The translations under genes were made by a program, and so were the position numbers. Shown here piece after piece: positions 29,049 to 39,131 of a stretch of 64,000 bases of DNA (the first letter of the stretch is position 1; each line of letters opens with the position of its first letter). The stretch is from an uncultured bacterium (GTDB taxonomy: Bacteria > Oederibacteriota > Oederibacteriia > Oederibacteriales > Oederibacteriaceae), in assembly GCA_965112635.1 (NCBI GenBank), contig OZ218778.1:2272001-2336000 (forward strand). Reading direction: 5' to 3'. Under the pieces are notes generated by a model. That model saw nothing but the letters and a program-made list of their open reading frames with translations. It made no database searches and was not told the origin of the DNA.

Positions 29049-29426
29049 TTAAATCCTTCCTTTAATCCTCTTCGAAGTAGAGATGATTCTGTTTTTCTTA
29101 TTTACATGAACAATAGCCGGCTTAAAATGCATGCATTCGGACTCATCAAAAAGACCGTAGGCTATTATAATAACCAAATCTCCTACCTGGGCTAGCCTGG
29201 CCGTGGGGCCGTTCAGGCATATCTCGCCATTGCCCCTATTCCCTGGAATACAATATGTTGTTGCGCGCTGGCCATTATTGATGTTTAAAACCTGGACTTG
29301 CTCGAAGGGTAAAAGACCCGCGGCCACAAGAAGTTTCTGATCGATGGTGATACTACCCTTATAATTGAGGTTGGTTTCTGTAACTGTGGCGCGGTGAATC
29401 TTAGATTTACATAGAGTTCGCAACAT
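29049..29426 (-). CDS. panD: aspartate 1-decarboxylase
   Basis: [18 protein letters not shown] autocleavage site. Confidence 0.97.
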   Translation of the reverse strand: MLRTLCKSKIHRATVTETNLNYKGSITIDQKLLVAAGLLPFEQVQVLNINNGQRATTYCIPGNRGNGEICLNGPTARLAQVGDLVIIIAYGLFDESECMHFKPAIVHVNKKNRIISTSKRIKGRI

Positions 29427-29431
29427 AACTT

Positions 29432-30292
29432 TTATTTAATCTCCATTTCAAAATTATCGATCAATTTCACTTTACCTATCTGGGAAGATACTATAGCTAG
29501 AATTTTCCCCTTAATTTTATTCACAACAAAAAAATTGTCTGGATCAACAATATCAAGATATAGGATTTTAACCAGTTTTTCTGTGCAGAGCATCTCTGTC
29601 GTTCTAGAAATTAAACGGCTTCGTTGCCTTTCGCCTAATTGTATCATTGATTGCATAAATTGAAGCGACCGGAATAGAACGGGCGCCGCTTTCCTTTCCA
29701 AGGGAGATAGATAAAGATTTCTCGAACTCATCGCCAGGCCGTCTTTCTCACGTGCAGTTGGCAGAATTTTCATAATTAAATCATAGTTGAGATCCCTTAT
29801 CATCTGTTTGATGATCGCGACTTGCTGCGCGTCCTTTTGACCAAAATAAACAAAATCAGGCTTCACAATATTGAAAAGCTTGGCCACCACAGAAGTGACT
29901 CCTTGAAAATGGCCAGGCCTTAGAGCCCCCTCAAAAATCGTGGTCAGTTTTTTACTTGCTAAAACTTGGGTGCCAAAACCGTTAGGGTACATTTCCCTGA
30001 CATTGGGTAGGAATAAATAATCAATTTTTTCTTTCTTGGCCAATTTTATATCCCTTACCTCATCCCTGGGATAACGGCTGTAATCGTCGTTAGGCCCAAA
30101 TTGTAAGGGGTTGACAAAAATTGACGCTATGGATTTTGAGCATTGGTTTTTACTTGCTCGCAATAAACTGAGATGCCCCTCGTGAAAAGAACCCATGGTG
30201 GGAACAAAACCAATACCGTTCCGGCTCTTCCTTAATTTATCAGAAACCGCTAACATTTCCTGGACAGACCTAACAATTTTCAACGAAAACAA
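29432..30292 (-). CDS. panC: pantoate--beta-alanine ligase
   Basis: [35 protein letters not shown]. Confidence 0.97.
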   Translation of the reverse strand: MFSLKIVRSVQEMLAVSDKLRKSRNGIGFVPTMGSFHEGHLSLLRASKNQCSKSIASIFVNPLQFGPNDDYSRYPRDEVRDIKLAKKEKIDYLFLPNVREMYPNGFGTQVLASKKLTTIFEGALRPGHFQGVTSVVAKLFNIVKPDFVYFGQKDAQQVAIIKQMIRDLNYDLIMKILPTAREKDGLAMSSRNLYLSPLERKAAPVLFRSLQFMQSMIQLGERQRSRLISRTTEMLCTEKLVKILYLDIVDPDNFFVVNKIKGKILAIVSSQIGKVKLIDNFEMEIK

Positions 30293-30310
30293 ACAGCCTT
30301 CCTAGTCAAT

Positions 30311-30970
30311 CTATTTTGACTTTTCGCTTAGACCCGAAGGGGTGTAGTAAAAAGTACCTTTCTTCATTTCACGGATATGCTTGATAAGATCCGTCAAATC
30401 CTGAGAGCGACGGACAAAATCAATGTCCGTGGTATTGACGACTAACAATGGTGTTTCGTTGTAATGGAAGAAAAAATAATTATAGGCCTGATTGAGGGAA
30501 TCGATATATTCAGGCGATATATCCTTTTCATAGGGTCTGCCCCTCCTGCGTATGCGCTGCAGAAGGATCTCCGTGCTGCTTTGCAAATATATGACCAGGT
30601 CCGGTTTAAGCACTTTTTCTTTAAAAATATTATAAAGTCTGTCATAAAGAACTAACTCGTTCTCATCAAGGGTTATATTGGCGAAAATGCGGTCCTTAGC
30701 AAAGAGAAAATCGGAAATAATATTGCGGCTAAATAAATCCTGTTGCTGCAACTCCTGTTGCTGCCTAAATCTGCTTAAAAGAAAGAACATCTGCGCCTGA
30801 AAGGCATAGGCGCGCATATCTTTGTAAAATTTTGCTAAAAAGGGGTTATCTTCGACATTTTCTGCAATAAGCCGCGCATTCATTTCTCTCGCCAGGAATT
30901 CGCAAAGGCTTGTTTTACCAACCCCCAAAACCCCTTCAACAACCGTATATTTTCCTTGTCCCTGATCCAT
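30311..30970 (-). CDS. deoxynucleoside kinase
   Basis: EGVLGVGKT, NPFL..FY, KPDLVIYL, RGRPYE. Confidence 0.92.
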   Translation of the reverse strand: MDQGQGKYTVVEGVLGVGKTSLCEFLAREMNARLIAENVEDNPFLAKFYKDMRAYAFQAQMFFLLSRFRQQQELQQQDLFSRNIISDFLFAKDRIFANITLDENELVLYDRLYNIFKEKVLKPDLVIYLQSSTEILLQRIRRRGRPYEKDISPEYIDSLNQAYNYFFFHYNETPLLVVNTTDIDFVRRSQDLTDLIKHIREMKKGTFYYTPSGLSEKSK

Positions 30971-30999
30971 TGACCCCTCTTGTTATTAATGTTCCAAAC

Positions 31000-31503
31000 T
31001 TAAGCGACTAATCCAAACCATTTTCTTTTATACAAACGTACATTTTGATCTAGACGTGGAATGTTTTTTAATAGCACGCGCTTTGGCCCATATGAAATCA
31101 CTCGAACTATTTCACTTAAAGGTTTCAAAACAAATTCCCTCTCCAAAATTCTGGGATGCGGAACCATTAACGCCTGCGTTTTTAACTTTTTTCGTCCATA
31201 AAGCAACAAGTCCAAGTCTATAGTTCTCGGACCGAACCGTTCGCCCTTTTGTCTCAAGAGTTTTCTTTCAATTTTTTTCAATATACTCAATAAATCAATG
31301 GCGCTTAATCCGGTTCTTATCTTTATAACAGCATTAAGAAATTGGGGTTGCTGTTTTAAATATAATGGTTCGGACTCAAAACACGGAGAAATCTTAAGTA
31401 ATTTTACTTTTTGCTTACTCTTTAATAATGTAACAGCTTTTTTTAAATTTAACAGCCTATTGCCTAAATTCGAGCCAAGGCCTATATAAGCCGTCACCCT
31501 CAC
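31000..31503 (-). CDS. folK: 2-amino-4-hydroxy-6-hydroxymethyldihydropteridine diphosphokinase
   Basis: GLGSNLG, GPRTIDLDLL, PHPR..ER.FVL. Confidence 0.96.
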   Translation of the reverse strand: MRVTAYIGLGSNLGNRLLNLKKAVTLLKSKQKVKLLKISPCFESEPLYLKQQPQFLNAVIKIRTGLSAIDLLSILKKIERKLLRQKGERFGPRTIDLDLLLYGRKKLKTQALMVPHPRILEREFVLKPLSEIVRVISYGPKRVLLKNIPRLDQNVRLYKRKWFGLVA

Positions 31504-31506
31504 AGC

Positions 31507-32688
31507 TCAGCGAACTTCTCTGGAGAATTTGCATAGCCGATCGACTGCAATCTTAAGTCTGTCCTCCGGCAAGGTTAAGCTAAACCTGATATAACCTTCT
31601 CCGTATTTGCCAAAACCCAATCCCGGGACAGCAATGATGCCTGCTCTTTCAATGAGTTTCGCAGCAAAACCAGTTGAGTCAATCTTGCCCGGCACTCTCG
31701 CCCAAGCGTAAAAGGTGGCGTCAAATGAGGGAAATTCAAAAATGCCTTGCGTATGGGAAAGAAAATAATCTCTCCTGGCTTTGTATATCTTCCTGATTTT
31801 TTTGCTGATTTGGTCAAACTGTTGCAAGCCTATCAGTCCAGCCACTTGAATGGCCCGGAAAACCCCTGAATCCAAATTTTCTTTTACTTTGGCAAGGCCC
31901 TCCACCGCCCTGGCGTTTCCAACCGCAAACCCAATACGCCATCCGGTCATACTAAATGTTTTCGAAAAGGAATGAAATTCTAATCCCACCTCTTTTGCCC
32001 CAGGGGTCCCTAAAAAACTCAAGGGTTTATTTTTGTCGTCAAAATAGACCTCAGAATATGCTGCATCATGACAAACTAAAAAGTTATATTTCTTTGCCAT
32101 TCTGACGACATCTTTAAAAAAAGAAGCTGGGGCCATGGCTCCCGTAGGGTTATTCGGGTAATTTAAGAACATCATGGCTGTTTTGCGAAGGATAGCTTTG
32201 GGGATAGCGGCAAGATCGGGTAAAAATCCGTTGTCTTCCAAAAGCGGCATAACATAGGGAATGCCGCCGGCAAAGTAAGTGCCGGCTTTATAAACAGTGT
32301 ATCCCGGATCCGGCACCAGGACATACTGGCCTGGATTTACGAATGCTAAAGGAACATGGCCAATCCCTTCTTTAGAACCGATCAACACGACCGCCTCTTT
32401 TGCCGCGTCCAAATGAACACCAAACCGCTTCTGATACCAGCGGCTGATTCCTTGTCTGAGAGGCAACATCCCAACCCCTAAGGGATATTGGTGATTGGCC
32501 GCATCCCAGCTTGCTTTATTTAATTCACGGATAATGGTTGGCGAGGTGGGAAGGTCGGGGTCCCCAATGCCCATATTGACGATATCAACGCCTTTTTTTT
32601 GCGCCTCCGCCCTTTTTTTGTCAATTTGAATGAAAAGATAGGGAGGCAATTTTTTTAATTTTTCCGAATACTCGCAGAATTTTTTCAC
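31507..32688 (-). CDS. dapL: LL-diaminopimelate aminotransferase
   Basis: LPPYLF, GSKEGI, NYPNNPTG, SFSKT..MTGWR; located in the dap operon. Confidence 0.9.
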   Translation of the reverse strand: MKKFCEYSEKLKKLPPYLFIQIDKKRAEAQKKGVDIVNMGIGDPDLPTSPTIIRELNKASWDAANHQYPLGVGMLPLRQGISRWYQKRFGVHLDAAKEAVVLIGSKEGIGHVPLAFVNPGQYVLVPDPGYTVYKAGTYFAGGIPYVMPLLEDNGFLPDLAAIPKAILRKTAMMFLNYPNNPTGAMAPASFFKDVVRMAKKYNFLVCHDAAYSEVYFDDKNKPLSFLGTPGAKEVGLEFHSFSKTFSMTGWRIGFAVGNARAVEGLAKVKENLDSGVFRAIQVAGLIGLQQFDQISKKIRKIYKARRDYFLSHTQGIFEFPSFDATFYAWARVPGKIDSTGFAAKLIERAGIIAVPGLGFGKYGEGYIRFSLTLPEDRLKIAVDRLCKFSREVR

Positions 32689-32696
32689 TTTTATCC

Positions 32697-33515
32697 TTAA
32701 TTTATCCCTAAGACTTCGTTCATGTTATAGGTTCCCCGCTTCTTGCCGTACAGAAAAATAGCCGCTTTCAATGCACCAAGCGCAAAATTATCTCTGCTGT
32801 AGGCTTTGTGAGTTATCTCCAACCGTTCCCCAGGACCGGCAAAAATAACAGTGTGCTCCCCCACCACGTCACCTAACCTTACCGCATGGATGCCAATCTC
32901 GCCGGGTTTACGCAGCGTCGACTGACCGTGCCTGCCATAAACAGCATTTTTTTGAATGCTCCTTCCCGTCCGCTCCGCGATGATCTGCGCGGTAGTCAAA
33001 GCCGTGCCGCTGGGAGAGTCCTTTTTCTTGTTATGATGAACTTCCACGATCTCAACTTCAAAATCTTTGAGGCCACCCGCGATCTCTCCGACCACTTTCC
33101 AAAGTAAATTGACGCCGATACTCATGTTGGAAGCGCAGAGGACAGGGATTTTTTTACCTGCCCGCTGGATCTCATTTTTTTGAGCATTGGTAAAACCAGT
33201 CGTCCCTATCACGATGGGACACTTTTTGGCCGCAGCTGTTCTCAAATCCTTCATGGAGGCCTCTGCGGCAGTAAAAGTAATGACTACCCAGCCGCGCCTC
33301 AGAATAGACGCCAAATCGTCCGTGATGATCACCCCGCGCTCCGCGGATCCAACAAGTTCCCCAGTCCATCGGCCTAGACAGGGATGTCCGGCTTTTTCCA
33401 CGGCACCAACAACCTTTAAGTTTTTATTGGCCATTGCGGACTTCAAAATAGCCTGGCCTACTCTGCCGGCTACGCCGCAAATGACGATGGGCACTTCTTT
33501 GCTTTTTTTGATCAA
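32697..33515 (-). CDS. dapB: 4-hydroxy-tetrahydrodipicolinate reductase
   Basis: GTTG, E.HH.KKDSPSGTA. Confidence 0.97.
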   Translation of the reverse strand: MIKKSKEVPIVICGVAGRVGQAILKSAMANKNLKVVGAVEKAGHPCLGRWTGELVGSAERGVIITDDLASILRRGWVVITFTAAEASMKDLRTAAAKKCPIVIGTTGFTNAQKNEIQRAGKKIPVLCASNMSIGVNLLWKVVGEIAGGLKDFEVEIVEVHHNKKKDSPSGTALTTAQIIAERTGRSIQKNAVYGRHGQSTLRKPGEIGIHAVRLGDVVGEHTVIFAGPGERLEITHKAYSRDNFALGALKAAIFLYGKKRGTYNMNEVLGIN

Positions 33516-33528
33516 TGCAGCTCCTGGT

Positions 33529-34413
33529 TTAAATTAGTTTAAAACTTTTCAAAACACTCCGTAGTTGGGCTTTATTCTCCGAAGATAACGGCGCTAAAGG
33601 CAGCCGCACCCCTTCACAACACAACCCCATCATGGCCGCAGCGGTTTTGACGGGAACCGGGTTGATTTCCAGCGTCATAGCTTTCATCAATGTTAAAAGG
33701 TGATAATGAAGGGCCCGGGCCTGCTCAACCCTGCCCTGACGGAACAAATGGACCATTTGGGACATCTGCTCCGGCACTATGTTGGCTACGACCGAAATAA
33801 TCCCTTTGCCGCCCAAAGCCATTAACGGCAGCGTCAAGCTGTCATCCCCCGATATAACATCAAATTGAGGCGGGCACAAAGAAATGATCTTGCCCATTTG
33901 GTCCAGGTTGCCGCTAGCCTCTTTGGTTCCAACTATGTTTTTGAGCTTAGTCAGAGCTAATACGGTCTCCGGTTCCATATTCACGCCGGTCCGGGAAGGA
34001 ATATTGTAGAGGATGATGGGAATGTCAACGGCCCTGGCTATTTTTTGAAAGTGCAAGTAAAGGCCTTGCTGGCTGGGCCTGTTGTAATAGGGCATCGCCA
34101 TAAGCACAGCGTCCGCTCCAACTTTTTTGGCGTGGCGGGTTAAAGCCAGGGCCTCCTCGGTGCTGTTGGAACCTGTCCCAGCTATGACGGGAATACGCCC
34201 GGCCGCGGCTTTAACAACGATCTCAATGACGCGCTCGTGCTCTTCTGGAGAAAGAGTGGGAGATTCGCCCGTGGTTCCGCAGGGCACGATCCCATCGCTT
34301 TTCCCCACATGGAACGCCACTAAATTTTTAAGCGCTTTTTCATCAATTCTTCCTTTTTTAAAAGGTGTGATAAGCGCTACCATCGACCCTTCGAACATTT
34401 CATCCTCCTGCAT
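33529..34413 (-). CDS. dapA: 4-hydroxy-tetrahydrodipicolinate synthase
   Basis: GTTGESPTL, YNIPSRTG, KEASG. Confidence 0.97.
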   Translation of the reverse strand: MQEDEMFEGSMVALITPFKKGRIDEKALKNLVAFHVGKSDGIVPCGTTGESPTLSPEEHERVIEIVVKAAAGRIPVIAGTGSNSTEEALALTRHAKKVGADAVLMAMPYYNRPSQQGLYLHFQKIARAVDIPIILYNIPSRTGVNMEPETVLALTKLKNIVGTKEASGNLDQMGKIISLCPPQFDVISGDDSLTLPLMALGGKGIISVVANIVPEQMSQMVHLFRQGRVEQARALHYHLLTLMKAMTLEINPVPVKTAAAMMGLCCEGVRLPLAPLSSENKAQLRSVLKSFKLI

Positions 34414-34416
34414 TAT

Positions 34417-35223
34417 TTAAATCAATATTTTACCTTCACAAATGACTCGGGCTTCTCCGGTTAATTTAACTTCCTCGAAAATATCGCCCAGCCTCCTAAA
34501 ATCCACGATCAAATCCCGGCCGCTTTGGGTCCGCACCCTGATGGCCGGCTTGAGCCCTTTCACTAAGGAAGCGATGCAGGCGCTGGCCACGGCTCCCGTC
34601 CCGCAAGCTAGGGTTTCATCTTCCACGCCTCTTTCGTAAGTTCTAATACGGATGCCGGACTTTCCCGTAGTCTTCACAAAATCAACATTCGTCCCTTTTA
34701 AACCGAATGCTTTATGAAAACGCAATATCCTGCCCAATCCCTGCACATTGATCCGCCCTACTTCTGGAACAAAAATAACCGCGTGCGGCACCCCTGAATC
34801 AATAAAATGCGCCGTGATGGTCTTGTTACCCAACCGCACCCTCATATTGAGGCGGAAGGATTCCACCGGGGGCAGGGACAATTCTACCAGGTTTTTTTTG
34901 ATCAAAGCCTGATACAAGCCGGCTTTAGTTTCAAAAACAGCCCTTTTGCCGGTCATTTTCTTGATCTCAGCGAACTTGGCCATACACCGGCCGCCGTTGC
35001 CGCACATACTTGCCTCACTGCCGTCGCTGTTAAAATACCGCATTTTAAAATCAACCTTTTTGGAACGCTCCAGCAAAAGCAGGCCGTCTGCCCCGACGGA
35101 ACGATGCCTGTCGCAGACTTTTTTAGCCAGATTGGGCCACGAACCTTTATAGACCGGCCGGCGGTTATCCATGACTATAAAGTCATTGCCGGCTCCTGCC
35201 ATTTTAACGAACGGTATCCACAT
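34417..35223 (-). CDS. dapF: diaminopimelate epimerase
   Basis: GNDF, MCGNG, GVPH, ERGV..ETLACGTG. Confidence 0.97.
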   Translation of the reverse strand: MWIPFVKMAGAGNDFIVMDNRRPVYKGSWPNLAKKVCDRHRSVGADGLLLLERSKKVDFKMRYFNSDGSEASMCGNGGRCMAKFAEIKKMTGKRAVFETKAGLYQALIKKNLVELSLPPVESFRLNMRVRLGNKTITAHFIDSGVPHAVIFVPEVGRINVQGLGRILRFHKAFGLKGTNVDFVKTTGKSGIRIRTYERGVEDETLACGTGAVASACIASLVKGLKPAIRVRTQSGRDLIVDFRRLGDIFEEVKLTGEARVICEGKILI

Positions 35224-35334
35224 TTCCTCTTGCGCCCTTTCTCCAACTTAAATAGCCGTATTTTAGCACTTTTGCTTCATTAAGGTCGATTTCTGAATTT
35301 GCAGGATCGAGCAAGCGGTTCAACGCACCTGGTA

Positions 35335-36579
35335 TCAGGCCAACTTTTCACCCTTCACTAAATCCTGAAAGGCTTCTCTTTTTCTTGCCAGGATGAACCG
35401 GCGGTCTTGTACAAGAACCTCGGCGGCCCTTGGACGGGAGTTGTAATTTGAAGACATGGTAAAGCCATAGGCGCCTGCGCCCATGACAGCTAAATAATCT
35501 CCTGCGTTAACTTTGGCCAGCCGCCTGTCTTTGGCCAAAAAATCCCCTGATTCGCAAATCGGGCCGACGACATCAACGGTCTCTTGCAGAGCGCGCCGTT
35601 CTTTAAGCGGCAAAACCGCGTGATGGGCGCCATACAAACTGGGCCTGATCAGATCGTTCATGCCGGCATCCACGATCACGAATTTTTTTCCGCCATTCTC
35701 TTTGCGATAAAGGACCCGGGTCACCAGGATGCCCGCGTTCCCCACGAGATACCTGCCTGGCTCTAACAAAAGTCTCAAATGACGGCCGCGGACTTCGGCT
35801 AGGACAATTTTGGCGAATTCCCTGGCGGAAAATGCCGCTTCGTTATCGTAACCAATGCCCATTCCTCCCCCGATATTGAGGATAGACAAGGGATGGCCCA
35901 TCTGTCTGGCTTCATTAAACAAGCCCAAAACTTTCCCGATCGCTTCAGCATAAGGTTTAGGGTTCAAAATTTGAGACCCAAGATGAAAATGCAACCCGGC
36001 GACTTGAATGTATTTAGAAGCGGTCAAGTCTTTAAACAGTTTCCTGGAGTTTTTTATGGAAATGCCGAACTTGTTCCCCTTTTTTCCAGTGACGATATAA
36101 TGATGGGTATCCACGTTGACGTCAGGATTGACCCTCAGGCATATCCTGGCTTTTTGACGGCGGCGCCTAGCCGCGGTCTGTATCGCCAAAATTTCAGCCT
36201 CAGACTCAACATTGAACATCAAAATATCGGATTTCAGGGCAAAGTTGATCTCCTCAAAAGTTTTTCCAACCCCGGCATACACTATTTTTTGCGGGTCAGC
36301 GCCTACTCTAAGGACTTTGTATAGTTCCCCGCCGGAAACAATGTCAAAACCGCTGCCTATCCGGCATAAATTTTTTAATAGGGCCAGGTTGGAGTTGGCT
36401 TTCACGGAATAGCAAATAAGATGGTCTTCTGATTCAAACGCCTCGTCCAATTTCTGATAATGCTCCGCCAAAGTGCGCGAGCTATACAGATAAAGGGGCG
36501 TGCCGTATTTTTCGGCCATGGCGGCCACCCGGACATTTTCGCAATACAATTCATGGTTTTTGTAGTGAAAATAGTGCAT
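35335..36579 (-). CDS. lysA: diaminopimelate decarboxylase
   Basis: YSVKAN, H.GSQ, EPGR, GPICESGD. Confidence 0.97.
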   Translation of the reverse strand: MHYFHYKNHELYCENVRVAAMAEKYGTPLYLYSSRTLAEHYQKLDEAFESEDHLICYSVKANSNLALLKNLCRIGSGFDIVSGGELYKVLRVGADPQKIVYAGVGKTFEEINFALKSDILMFNVESEAEILAIQTAARRRRQKARICLRVNPDVNVDTHHYIVTGKKGNKFGISIKNSRKLFKDLTASKYIQVAGLHFHLGSQILNPKPYAEAIGKVLGLFNEARQMGHPLSILNIGGGMGIGYDNEAAFSAREFAKIVLAEVRGRHLRLLLEPGRYLVGNAGILVTRVLYRKENGGKKFVIVDAGMNDLIRPSLYGAHHAVLPLKERRALQETVDVVGPICESGDFLAKDRRLAKVNAGDYLAVMGAGAYGFTMSSNYNSRPRAAEVLVQDRRFILARKREAFQDLVKGEKLA

Positions 36580-36695
36580 CCCTCAACTCCCCTAAAAATC
36601 CAAGTTCTATATGGATTTGCAGGAAATATTAACACACTGATATTGAAAAAAACAGCGTGATGGTGCATAAAGGGAGGGCAACTAAATGATGGCCT

Positions 36696-37856
36696 ATGGA
36701 TCCAAAGGCCGGATGGAACCCGTTGATGCCAATTGGCAAACAAAACATATTGATGGTGGCGAGCTCAGAACAGGACGCCCTGTTGTATTATGCCACAGGT
36801 TTTATGGCGCCTGACCCCTTTGTCTTTTTAGAAACTGCGGGAGTTAAAAAGATATTTGTCAGCGAATTGGAATTTGGCCGCGCCAAAAGGCAGGCCAAAG
36901 TGGAAAAAGTGCTCCCTATATCCCAATATGAAAAAAGAGCAGCGCAAAAAAACGGCTCCTCAACGCTTCCAGCAACGATCCTCGAAATAATGCTGGAAGC
37001 CGGCATCCGGAAAATAACGGTGCCGGCGTCTTTTCCTGTCGGCTTGGCGGACAAGCTCAGGGAAAAAGGCCTGACCATTATTCCAGACAACGACCTGTTC
37101 CTGGAGGAACGATCCCAAAAAAACGCGGATGAGCTTCACGCCATTGTCCAGGTCCAACGAACCCTGGAAAAGGTCATGAAAGAGGTGGTGGAAATTCTCC
37201 GCCGCTCCAGGATACGGGGGCAAACCATTGTGTTCGAAAAGACCCCCCTGTCCTCCGAGTGGTTCCAAAAATTCATTTCAGTCCGCCTCCTGGAGCAAGG
37301 CTGCTCCGGCGCCCATACCATCGTTGCCGGAGGCGACCAATCCTGCGACCCTCACGAAGAAGGCCATGGCCTTTTGCGTCCCTGCCAGCCTATTGTTTTT
37401 GATGTTTTCCCCCGTTCCTTGACGACTTTTTATTACGCCGACATGTCCCGCACCTTCGTCAAAGGCCGTCCATCCCCGGCCCTGACAAAGCTTTTTAAGT
37501 CGGTCCTGCAAGCACAGGAATTAGCCTTGAACCTTATTAAACCCGGAATAAAAGGCTCACAGGTTCACAGGGCGGTCCATCAATTTTTTGAAAAGAGCGG
37601 ATATACGACCGGCCAGCAGGATAACAAGATGCAGGGCTTTTTTCACGGGACAGGCCACGGCGTCGGCTTGTCCATCCATGAAAATCCCCGGCTGGGGGCT
37701 TCCAACAATATCCTTAGGACCGGAGAGGTCATTACGGTGGAGCCTGGGCTATATTATCCTTTTCTCGGAGGGATCAGGTTGGAAGATATGGTCGTTGTTA
37801 CTCCCCAGGGCAGCAAAAATCTCACCCATTTCCCAAAATTTTTTGAAATACCTTGA
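36696..37856 (+). CDS. Xaa-Pro peptidase, M24 family
   Basis: DMSRT, HGTGHGVGL.IHE, EPGLY, GIRLED; start may be ATG 36726. Confidence 0.92.
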   Translation: MDPKAGWNPLMPIGKQNILMVASSEQDALLYYATGFMAPDPFVFLETAGVKKIFVSELEFGRAKRQAKVEKVLPISQYEKRAAQKNGSSTLPATILEIMLEAGIRKITVPASFPVGLADKLREKGLTIIPDNDLFLEERSQKNADELHAIVQVQRTLEKVMKEVVEILRRSRIRGQTIVFEKTPLSSEWFQKFISVRLLEQGCSGAHTIVAGGDQSCDPHEEGHGLLRPCQPIVFDVFPRSLTTFYYADMSRTFVKGRPSPALTKLFKSVLQAQELALNLIKPGIKGSQVHRAVHQFFEKSGYTTGQQDNKMQGFFHGTGHGVGLSIHENPRLGASNNILRTGEVITVEPGLYYPFLGGIRLEDMVVVTPQGSKNLTHFPKFFEIP

Positions 37857-37874
37857 TAGGGAGATCCTTCACCG

Positions 37875-39041
37875 TCATCTGGGTCCACTTTTTTGGGGAG
37901 ACACGGCGTCAATAAAATCATCAAGAAGCTTCTTCTCTTTATCGTCCAAATACATGAACTCAACGCCTATTAAATAACGCCCCTCTTTCTTCTGAAGATG
38001 GACGGATTTGGCAAAGACATCTTTTATGCTGGTTCCGTTGGGCAGGAAAATACTGGGGATATGTAAACTGTCCCCTTCATTGACCGGCACCTTGGTCACT
38101 AATAGCGCCCCGCCAGAGCTGAGATTGAGAACATGGGCTTCACCTAGCTGGGTAGACTCTTCAAAAAAAGAGATGGCCTCTATTTTGATATCAACCTCGA
38201 CTCTTCTAAATTTTCTGCGTTCTCGGCCCTTCCCCTCATCATCCGACATCGATAACTGCTCCATCAACTGCGCCACCGCTTTGGTCAACGCGTCGGTTCG
38301 GGACGAAGCATCCTGGTGGTCCTCCAGGACGGCTCCCTCGTCCTGCACTTTTAGGAGTTCTTTTATCTTCTGTTGTCCTAAATTCCGCAAGCTATCATTC
38401 TCAGCTTCCCCTGTTTTCTTCTCCATTTCGGGCTGCTGCGGGGAGGCGGGCGCAGTTGGTTCTTCGGGCATGGCGGTTTTCGATGAACTGAAGTCTGAAG
38501 GCATATTATTGTGAGTGACCAGGCTGGGACCTTGCTTTTGAGTTTCTTGGGCTGGCTCACCCTGGCTTGGATTCTCTGCAATAGTTTCTTTTTTCACCGG
38601 GGGCAAAAGCATATCGCCGGTCGACAATGTACCCGGTGTTGATGTTTCCATGCTTTCTGTTTGATTATCTTTAGTCTGCCTCTTTATCACTTGAACGGGT
38701 AATTTAAGCGCCCCTTTGCTTTCCGCGGTATTAATAAAAGCCAGGCATTCTTTAATGGTCTTGGAATAAAGGGTATTTTTGCCGTATTTGGCTTCAAATT
38801 TGTCGTATTCCTGGTGTGCCTTTACGAAATCCTTGTTAACCGCAAGCATCTTGATGCTGGTAAGGTCCTGCCGAAACCTTTGCTCTGGACTCATGCCCCA
38901 TTGCTTGCCATAAACGCGCCAAAGGATATACGCTATCCACCCTAAAACGGTGGCTGCCAATCCATAGCGGGCTGGCGGATAAATGTAGACTAAAGGCAAA
39001 AAGAACAAGAGCAGAAAGATCAGCAAACCCTGGATAAACAT
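37875..39041 (-). CDS. membrane-anchored PilZ-domain protein
   Basis: 2 N-terminal TM, long low-complexity linker, ERRKFRR and NLSSGG c-di-GMP-binding motifs. Confidence 0.85.
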   Translation of the reverse strand: MFIQGLLIFLLLFFLPLVYIYPPARYGLAATVLGWIAYILWRVYGKQWGMSPEQRFRQDLTSIKMLAVNKDFVKAHQEYDKFEAKYGKNTLYSKTIKECLAFINTAESKGALKLPVQVIKRQTKDNQTESMETSTPGTLSTGDMLLPPVKKETIAENPSQGEPAQETQKQGPSLVTHNNMPSDFSSSKTAMPEEPTAPASPQQPEMEKKTGEAENDSLRNLGQQKIKELLKVQDEGAVLEDHQDASSRTDALTKAVAQLMEQLSMSDDEGKGRERRKFRRVEVDIKIEAISFFEESTQLGEAHVLNLSSGGALLVTKVPVNEGDSLHIPSIFLPNGTSIKDVFAKSVHLQKKEGRYLIGVEFMYLDDKEKKLLDDFIDAVSPQKSGPR

Positions 39042-39131
39042 CTAAACTCCTTTAAAAATGAGTAAATTGAACAGCAAGTATATCACGCCCTTAAAAAAAG
39101 ATAGTTGGGCTCACATAAAAACACTGTGTCC

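Noticed and set aside
35224-35334. Open frame across the lysA-dapF gap
   Set aside because: No convincing start, SD or recognisable similarity.
36580-36720. Lysine riboswitch upstream of lysA
   Set aside because: The AT-rich divergent promoter region is too short and lacks the consensus.
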